NCBI RefSeq assembly: GCF_009914755.1 | Contig: NC_060930.1 | DNA from: the human T2T-CHM13v2.0 reference genome, Homo sapiens | Strand: one strand, 5' to 3' | Length of the DNA stretch: 64,000 nt | Shown here: positions 51,007 to 64,000 of the stretch, one piece after another | Layout of the letters: every line of letters begins with the position of its first letter | Numbering within the stretch: position 1 is the first letter of the stretch | Position numbers and translations under genes: made by a program | The notes under the pieces: generated by a model | Databases searched by the model: none | Seen by the model: the letters and a program-made list of their open reading frames with translations, nothing else | What the model was told of the DNA's origin: nothing

Positions 51007-52713
51007 TTAAGCTCAACAAGAATCACTTTAGCATTGGATAGCAGTTAACAGCAAAACAAGTTTGTTGGTTCGTTTTGGAAATCTTGCTAAACTAATGCAG
51101 ACTCTGCTGTCGGTGTGCTTAATGATAGCAGCCTTTCTGTTTTTATAAACAGTTGTGGAATGGAATATCTGCTAAATGTGAGGGCTGGCATGTCTCTACC
51201 TCAATAAAGTTCTGGCTTTTTTGACATCTATTGTGACCACTCAGGGGCCTTTTTAATTTATGTTTGGAGTCACAGCTGCATGTTTAGGTTGGGTTGCCAG
51301 AAGTCTGACTGCCAAATAAGCAGTGTTGCTATATTTAGAAATGAAATAGTAGTCTACAAAATAGAATATCTGGTGTTGCTACCTTACTTGGCTCTATGTT
51401 ACTGGGATTAACTTGGGATTTTTAAAAGTTAGTAATATGTATATGAAATAACTATTTTGAATATCTTAGTAAAGATGAAAAGTTATGTCTAGCAAGATTT
51501 ACTGTCCAGGTAAATACAATCTTTATAGTGTTCTTAAATCTATTTCCCTGTTAATCTATCCTAATGACTATAAGGAGTCAAAATAACTGTTAGCATCCTA
51601 TTCATTTTTCAGAATATTCTTGTCACAATCTTGGAATTTCTATTACTTTGGAAACTATAAATATAATAAATATTACAATAACTTTTATGTCAAAATCTTT
51701 CATTTATTTGTGCCTCTAACCTTTGGGCAGTCTTCATGAAACTCCCTATTTGAGTTAGTTTGTAGATGCTAATTTCAGGTATGGAATGCTATGAAACATG
51801 TTATTGATAATTAAATGATGGCACTTCTCCATAACTCAAAGTAGGAAATCCAATAAGTTGTCCAACAAAATTTAGATGCCATCCTACAAGAAACTCAAAG
51901 AGCCTAGTGAATTATATTTGTCAGCAATACTCATCTGATTCTCATAGTTCCATAAAAGAATGATTCTTTCATTAAAATATTATTTTGTATAGTTGTGCCT
52001 CATAAAATAATAATATTTCATCTCAGAATGAGGTGCTTTTAAATTAAGAACAAAACAATCTCTCCTTCAAGTTACAAAGTACTTGGCAAACCTTCTGGAT
52101 AAAAGACACCATGCTAATATAGAACATTACTATCTCACTATGTTATTTTACAATGTCCTAAGTAAATTTTTGTGATACGAGGAAAATATAAAACAAAAAA
52201 GGCTCACCATGTACAAAAAGGACAACTGGACATCTTATACTTTTATATCAGAGAATCAGCTATTCAGATTGGTTTGAAAAGCTAAAATTTAGCTTATGCC
52301 TAAATCTCCCATGAGTTCATCCTTATTTACTAAACGTCATATGAAAGGTTAAGTATTTTAAGCATGAGTCATAGGGACAACTTTCTAGGGCATTTCAAAC
52401 GAAATCTATGAAAAATTAACAAGCTATCACGGAGGGTGTCTCAGGGATCCTACTCTGCCCCTCCCTGTCTCTGGAAAGGGAGGTAGGGAGAGAAGACAGG
52501 CAGGCCCAACCCCTAAGTATTATACACCCTCGATCATTAAAAAAAAAAAGTTAACAAATTTGGTCCAGTTACATGGCATATTAAATCCACATTTTTTTAT
52601 TTTTTGTTATTGTTGTTTTTGTAGTTTTCTTCTTATTCTTTTTGTTTCTTTTTTCTTCTTTTTTTTCATTTTTGTTAAAATTCACATTTTTATCTTGACT
52701 TCTACCCCAAATA

Positions 52714-53101
52714 GAGTCTGCCTTCTGTGTCATGGATTTCACATTTGCAGATTCAACCAATCATGGACCAAAAATACTCAGAAAAAAAATAAATAACTCA
52801 GAGGTTAAAAGTGTGTTTAACAAGATAAAATAGAAGAGAAAAAATAACAACATAACAACAAAAAATACAAATTTTTAAGTACAGTATAACAACTATTTGT
52901 ATAGCATTTTACACTGTATTTGATATTATAAGTAATTTAGAGATGAGTTAAAGTATATTGGAAGGATGTAACTGGGTTACATGCAAATACTACGCCATTT
53001 TATATAAGGAACTTGAGTTCTGGGGATTTTGGTATCTGCCAGCGGCAGGATTGCGGATAGGTCCTGGAACCAATGCCCTGCAGACACAGAGAGACAACTG
53101 T
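52714..53101. mobile_element. MER2 (Tigger-family MITE)
   Basis: GCAGATTCAACCAA...GGTCCTGGAACCAATGCCCTGCAGACACAGAGAGACAACTG, flanked by TA. Confidence 0.85.
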
Positions 53102-53215
53102 ACCTATAAAATGACAGTTATGAAATTTTAAATAAATAAACCCACCAGGACAGCAGAGAAAGAGAGAGCCAACATAAAAGCAAAGGAGGAAAAGCATAAA
53201 AGAAAAGAAAAAGAC

Positions 53216-53653
<438 letters not shown>

Positions 53654-53981
53654 CTATTCAGAAAAGATTTTTCAGTCGTAGGTAGTTTCAGGATAAAATA
53701 GTGGTTGGATCCTAAGAAACAACAGAAACAAAACACTAACACTGAACAATACTAAATAGAATATACAACTAGTTGAACAAGTAATGTAAGCCACTATGTG
53801 GCTTAGCTGAAAATAATGAGCTGTCACATAATAACATAAACACAATTATTTATCAAATGAAAACATACCCTTTTTAGGGAATGTGTGAGACATGGAGAAG
53901 CATGTATCTGAATGTGTGTGTGAGAGAGAGAGTCTGAGAAAAAGAACAAAGCCCTCATCTTCCTTAGTAGAAAACCAATTA

Positions 53982-54511
<530 letters not shown>

Positions 54512-54617
54512 TAATTTTTTAAAAAACGTTAGTAAACATGTTATCTATGAACATAAAGGTAAATAAAAAAGCAAAAAACAAGAACAAAACAGCTAAAAAT
54601 TGAAAAAGATTATAATG

Positions 54618-54913
54618 GTTTTTTTTTTTTAGACTGAGTCTTGCTCTGTGGCCCAGACTGGAGTGTAGCAGGGCAGTCTTGACTCACTGCAACCTCCACC
54701 TCCTGGGTTCAAGTGATTCTCTTGTCTCAGCCACCTGAGTAGCTGGGACTGCAGGTGCACGCCATCACACCTGGCCAATTTTTTGTATTTTTGGTAGAGA
54801 TAAGGTTTCGCCATGTTGCCCAGGCTGGTCTCGAATTCCTGAGCTCAGACAATCCCCCTGGCCTTGGCCTCCCAAAGTGCTAGGATTACAGGTGTGAGCC
54901 ACCACACCCGGCT
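54618..54913 (-). mobile_element. Alu (S/J)
   Basis: TSD TAATGGTTTT. Confidence 0.92.
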
Positions 54914-55065
54914 GTAATGGTTTTCAAGAAAGCAAAAATCAAAAGGGACAGGGCACTCCTTTTTTATGTCTAGTAATACTATTTTAAATGTTTTCATTGA
55001 TTAAAATAAATTTAAGATTAAAAAACAGCTAAATGAAAAAAAGACAGCTAAATGAAAAAAATCAT

Positions 55066-55716
55066 ACACTGTTGGTGGGAGTGTAAATTAGTTCAACCAT
55101 TGTGGAAGACAGTGTGATGATTCCTCAAAGATCTAAAAATAGAAATACCATTGGACCCAGCAATTCCATTACTGGATATACACTCAAAGGAATATAAATC
55201 ATTCTATTATAAAGACACATACATGTGTATATTCATTGCAGCACTATTCACAATAGCAAAGAAGACATTAATTCAACATAAATGCCCATCAAAGATAGAC
55301 TGGGTAGAGAAAATGTGGTACATATACAACATGGAACACTATGCAGCTGTATAAAAGAATGAGATCATGTCCTTTGCAGGGGCATGGGTGGAGCTAGAGG
55401 CCATTATCCTTAGCAAACTAATGCAGGAACAGAAAACCAAATACCACATAGTTGTAGCTCTCACTTGTAAGTGGGAGTTAAATGATGAGAACACATGGAA
55501 ACACAGAGGGGAACAACACAAACTGGGGCCTATTAGAGGGTGGAGGGTAGGAGGAGGGAGAGGATCAGGAAAAATAACTAATGGGTACAAGGCTTAATAA
55601 CTGGGTGATGAAATAATCTGTACAACAAACCCCCATGACACAAGTTTACCTATGTAACAAACCTGCATATGTACCTCTGAATGTAAAATAAAAATTAATT
55701 AAAAAAAAAGAAAAAA
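55066..55716 (+). mobile_element. Older primate L1 (about L1PA13-16) 3' end
   Basis: GGATCAGGAAAAATAACTAATGGGTAC...TGTACAACAAACCCCCATGACAC. Confidence 0.88.
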
Positions 55717-55749
55717 GTAACATAAAAAATGCATACATATATCTTATGC

Positions 55750-57894
<2,145 letters not shown>

Positions 57895-58408
57895 GTCATT
57901 ATAATTAATCCTCAAAACAATTCAATAAACTAGGTACAGTTATTATCCCCAATTTACATGTAGGAAAACTGATACAGAGCATTCAATACTGCCCCTTGCT
58001 GCCTCTCCATTCAGCCTGTTTCCAGAGCTTTTAGTGTTCTCCTGATGCTACTTCTCAAATATGTTCAGATTTTAATATTTTTAGTGTCTTTTTTATTCAT
58101 TTACCATCTAATGTAAATTAAATACTCAAAATAATGTGTGTTTTTTCCTGTCACCGTTATGGGACCACAGTAAGGCTATTAGCATTTTGCATGAGGGAAG
58201 TTTAAATACAGATTGAAACACTTTTAATTTCCTTGGATAGGTACTGGAGAAAAAATAAATTCTTACCACATTTCTATGGACATCAATATTAAACCCCAGT
58301 TCTTTTTTGATTCCCAGTTGACTAATTTCAGCTTAAGTAAACTAGTAATTTAGTCGTTAACAGATAAGAGGCTTGAGGCCAGCTCTATACTAGAAGTTTT
58401 TACATTTT

Positions 58409-59098
<690 letters not shown>

Positions 59099-59413
59099 TT
59101 ACAAGGAAAAAACAAATAGCTCAGCGCATTCTGAGCTATGTGAGACATGCAAACTTTATCCAGTTCAGAAAGACAGGAATATGGGACTTCACTCTCCCTA
59201 TCCTCCCACACCAGCACCCATGCCCAAGGGCAATTTCTGAAAGGGATTTTGTTTCTGACCAAACTGCCTCACCCATTATCTTCAGGTACCTGGCATTTGT
59301 GATACAAAGAACAATGCATAGCCAATCAATAGCTTAAGCTATTTTAATATAAATTCTCGTAAAACAACTTAGAAATCCCCTCTTCTTTTTTCATTTAAAA
59401 ACTCATTTGTGAG

Positions 59414-60215
<802 letters not shown>

Positions 60216-60283
60216 CTAATTGGAGCATATCTTCAGGGCACCTTGAGTCTATACTCCCAGGTTGCAGACCTCAAACTTGGCAG

Positions 60284-60286
<3 letters not shown>

Positions 60287-60330
<44 letters not shown>
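60287..60330. repeat. (TA)n microsatellite
   Basis: About 22 perfect units, followed by an antisense Alu monomer at 60332-60455. Confidence 0.95.
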
Positions 60331-60331
<1 letters not shown>

Positions 60332-61159
60332 TTTTTTTTTTTTTTTGGTAGAGACGAGGGTCTGCCTATGTTGCCCAGACTGGTCTCAAACTCCTAGACT
60401 CAAGCGCCCCTCAGCCTCCCAAAGTACTGGGATTACAGCCATGAGCCACCACACAAACGATCTTCTTGTTTGCCTCAGTTTTTTTGTTCAGGTTGACAGT
60501 TATTAGTTCATGTCACAGAAGAGAGTAAACCTGTAAGTTGTGCTCCCTGGAATATACCACACTGCCCCTCATACTCAATAGAGCCTCCTCATTCTGCAGC
60601 AGCTCCTTAGAGCTTGGGCTATGGGTCTGTCACCAGACGTAGCCTCTGTTCCTAACAGACTGAAAATTCTGGCACTGGCCAAAGAACAAGAGGCTTAGGA
60701 GCCATTTTATAGCACCCCCTTCATCAAAGCAGAGAAGGGAAGAAAGCAGAGAAGGGAAGAAATTCTTTGCCACTAGATCAGGCTCCAAGCACATTGTTGC
60801 AGGCTTCTCTGAATGAGTTACTCAAGGAATTCTGTAGGCTTTACCCTGAGCAAAAGTTTCCAACAAAACAGTTCAGAGTTCCTGAACCTCTACCCATTTC
60901 ATTGTACTGCTTCTCCACCTTAATATGGAGAAAACAACCTTATTCAAAAGTCAAAATGCTTGACCTCATTAAGGAATGCTGCTCACCTGGAGCATTCCCC
61001 TCATTCTCACCCTCATCATTTAGAGACCATTGATATTTTAAATGCCTAACAAGTGGTTGCTTAGTCCACACTACACCAAATATTGGTTTGACTGATTTTC
61101 TTTCATACTGTTATTTTGTCATCTTGTAGATATATTTCTACTTTCTAAAAATATAGTTT

Positions 61160-61465
61160 GGACCGGGCGTGGTGGCTCACACCCGTAATCCACCACTTTG
61201 GGAGTCCGAGGCGGGTGGATCACTTGAGGTCAGGAGTTCGAGACCAGCCTGGCCAACATGGTGAAACCCCATCTCTAATAAAAATACAAAATTTAGCCAG
61301 TCGTGGTGGCACATGCCTGTAGTCCCAGCTACTCGGGAGGCTGAGGCACAAGAATCACTTTAACCCAGGAGGTGGAGGCTGCAGTGAGCCAAGATTGCAC
61401 CACTGCACTCCAGCCTGGGCAACAAAACCAGACCCTGTCTCAAAAAATAATAAATTAAATTAAAA
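61160..61465 (+). mobile_element. AluS
   Basis: TSD TAAAATATAGT-like. Confidence 0.93.
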
Positions 61466-61532
61466 TATAGTCTGGCAATCCAATAATCCAGGTATTTTTC
61501 TATCTGGAATTTAGGTTTTTAAATTCAAATCA

Positions 61533-61848
61533 GGCCGGGCATGGTGGCTTACGCCTGTAATTCCAGAACTTTGGGAGGCCGAGGCAGGCAGATTACTTGA
61601 AGTCAGGAGTCCAAGACCAGCGTGGCCAATGTGGTGAAAGCCCGTCTCTCCTAAAAATACAAAAAATTAGCCAGACATGGTAGTGGGTGCCTGTAATCCC
61701 AGTTACTCAGGAGGCTGAGGCAGGAGAATCACTTGAAGCCAAGAGGCACAGGTTGCAGTGAGCTGAGATTGCACCACTGCACTCGAGCCTGGGCTACAAA
61801 GTGAGACTCCATTTCAAATAAATAAATTAATTAATTAATTAAAATAAA
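61533..61848 (+). mobile_element. AluS
   Basis: TSD TAAATTCAAATCA. Confidence 0.93.
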
Positions 61849-61921
61849 TTCAAATCAGATTTAACTAATACTTTCACATATTTACCATCTACAAGGCACT
61901 AGGTTGGAAACCTTTATTTAA

Positions 61922-62303
<382 letters not shown>

Positions 62304-62765
62304 AGCCTTTCATTTTATAAAGTGACCATATATATTAGCGTTGGAAACAAATGCTGTGCCTATAATTTTCTAGATTTTTTTCACTTCAGTTTCTACAACT
62401 ATGACATTGTTACCGTGTTTATATATACCTTCCTTCAGAACAAAGGGTAAACAGTAATTCTGCACTTATGTTAAAAAAAGAACTGAGTTGAAAGCCTGAA
62501 GATCTCGGTCCTAGGACCCAGCTAAGGTTGGAGGACTGTGTGAAAGTTACCCAAACATTCTCGGTCTTGGTTTCATTGCCTATGACATTAAAAGATTAGA
62601 CTGGGTTCTCGCTAGGGACCTCTCTAATTCTAGGAGTCTGAAAAGCCTTCAGAGAGAGAATGTACTTTGGAAACAACTAACCAGGTGTATGTTTTTCGAA
62701 GTGTTAATGATTGCTAGGTTGTGACACTGAAATCAGTAAAACACGAATCAAATATTTACACATAC

Positions 62766-62832
62766 CTTCCATGCAGTGTATTTTCCATCATGGGAAGGTA
62801 TTGGGCAATGGAAAATTTCTCAAATACTTTTA
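62766..62832 (-). other. Candidate 67-bp exon, host gene unknown
   Basis: CCTAATTTGTCTCTTCCAG acceptor and AAG|GTATGT donor; one open frame. Confidence 0.25.
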
Positions 62833-63608
62833 CTGGAAGAGACAAATTAGGCTCAGTTTTTTGTTACCATTATGTAAAGTTTGTAATAATGCTATGTGAA
62901 ACCCTTTGTTTATTCATAGATGAAAATACCATGTCGAGAATTATTCAGCAAGTTGCTCTCAGACTAAGATGCTTATGACTTGCTTTAGAGTGTTTTCCTT
63001 TACATAAGATTTTACCTGAAAGACCAAGTCTATTGTTGTATTATTAACAATTATAATTCAAAATGTCAACAATGTTTCCATTAATTATAGGCATTGTTCC
63101 TTAAAGCTGGCCTAAAATGGAAGTCAGAAATCAGGGTTTGAAGGTAAAATGTCAAACCATTTTGGTTCTCTCAAAAGATTTTTTTTATGCCGTTTAACTG
63201 AATACTCCAATTCTGTCTATGAACTAGGAGAGACCATATTAATGGTTTTCCATGCATTAATACAAAAAGCTTTGGAAAATACGCCACAAGCTTACATGTC
63301 TACTGAAGTATATTATAAATTAATTATTGTACTTTTTTGAATTTTAAATTTTCTGTTTAAATTTTCAATCTATTCATTATAGGATCTCACTATGTTGACT
63401 AAGTTGGTCTTGAACTCCTGCCCTCAAGCAATCCTCCAACCTCCGCCTCCCAAAATGCTAGAATTAAAGGTGTGAGCCACCATACCCACCCCCGCCGCCC
63501 CCAACAAATCTATTCATTCTTTCAGGATGAAGTCTATATGTATATTGCCCATGTTTTGAAGTAGAACTTCCTTTCACTTATTCAGTAGTAATCTTTTTTA
63601 AGCTTTAC

Positions 63609-63849
63609 TGGAGGCCTAGGCAGGCAGATCACTGGAGGTCAGGAGTTCGAGAACAGCCTGACCAACATGATGAAACCCTGTCTCTACTAAAAATACAAAA
63701 ATTAGCCAGGCGTGGTTGTGGGTTCCTGTAATTCCAGCTACTCAGGAGGCTGAGGAAGGAGAATCGCTTGAACCCAGGAGGTGCATCATGCCATTACACT
63801 CCAGCCTGGGTGACAAGAGCAAAACTCCATCTCAAAAAATAAAAATAAA
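63609..63849 (+). mobile_element. AluS, 5'-truncated with internal deletion
   Basis: Alu motifs. Confidence 0.88.
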
Positions 63850-64000
63850 TTTTAAAAAGAACCTTTTCTGATCACCTAATAATGCTAAAGTTTCCTAGGA
63901 ATTTGATGACCAACTTCACGTGCTCCATGTCCACACCCTTCATTGTGCAACAAACTTTGCTCATATCTCCTTCTGGGCCTTTTCCACATCAAAATCCTAG

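Noticed and set aside
51731-51778. Plus-strand 48-bp exon candidate
   Set aside because: Weak pyrimidine tract and stops in all three frames.
62762-62821. Hairpin containing CAGTGT as an iron-responsive element or pre-miRNA
   Set aside because: The five bases after CAGTGT (ATTTT) do not pair with CCATG, and the stem is too short for a pre-miRNA.

Overview
Primate (human-like) AT-rich, repeat-dense, gene-poor window with about 60 Alu copies or fragments, several L1s, MaLR/ERV LTRs, MIR/L2 and Tigger relics. No intact protein-coding gene is supported; nearly all listed ORFs are Alu-, L1- or microsatellite-derived. Two pseudogenes are recognisable. (1) At 1-1019 (- strand) five degenerate 3' exons of DENND1C survive WITH their introns. 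The segment ends on the + strand in AATAAA plus an A-tail that abuts a 5'-truncated Tigger3b, which suggests a retrocopy of an antisense (probably CRB3 read-through) transcript rather than a DNA duplication. (2) At about 44570-47867 (+) a processed LRRC59 pseudogene lies just downstream of a sense MER48 LTR and is split by an Alu and by a full-length antisense LTR12 (ERV9). This gives a candidate convergent-promoter, antisense/dsRNA cassette. Also present: a 4-kb twin-primed inverted L1PA with a 16-bp TSD, an old inverted duplication of an L1M 5' end, an L1PA inside an Alu linker, five same-site tandem Alu insertions and a 640-nt polypurine Alu tail. Repeat subfamily names and parent-gene identities come from recalled consensus and protein sequences, not from a database search.
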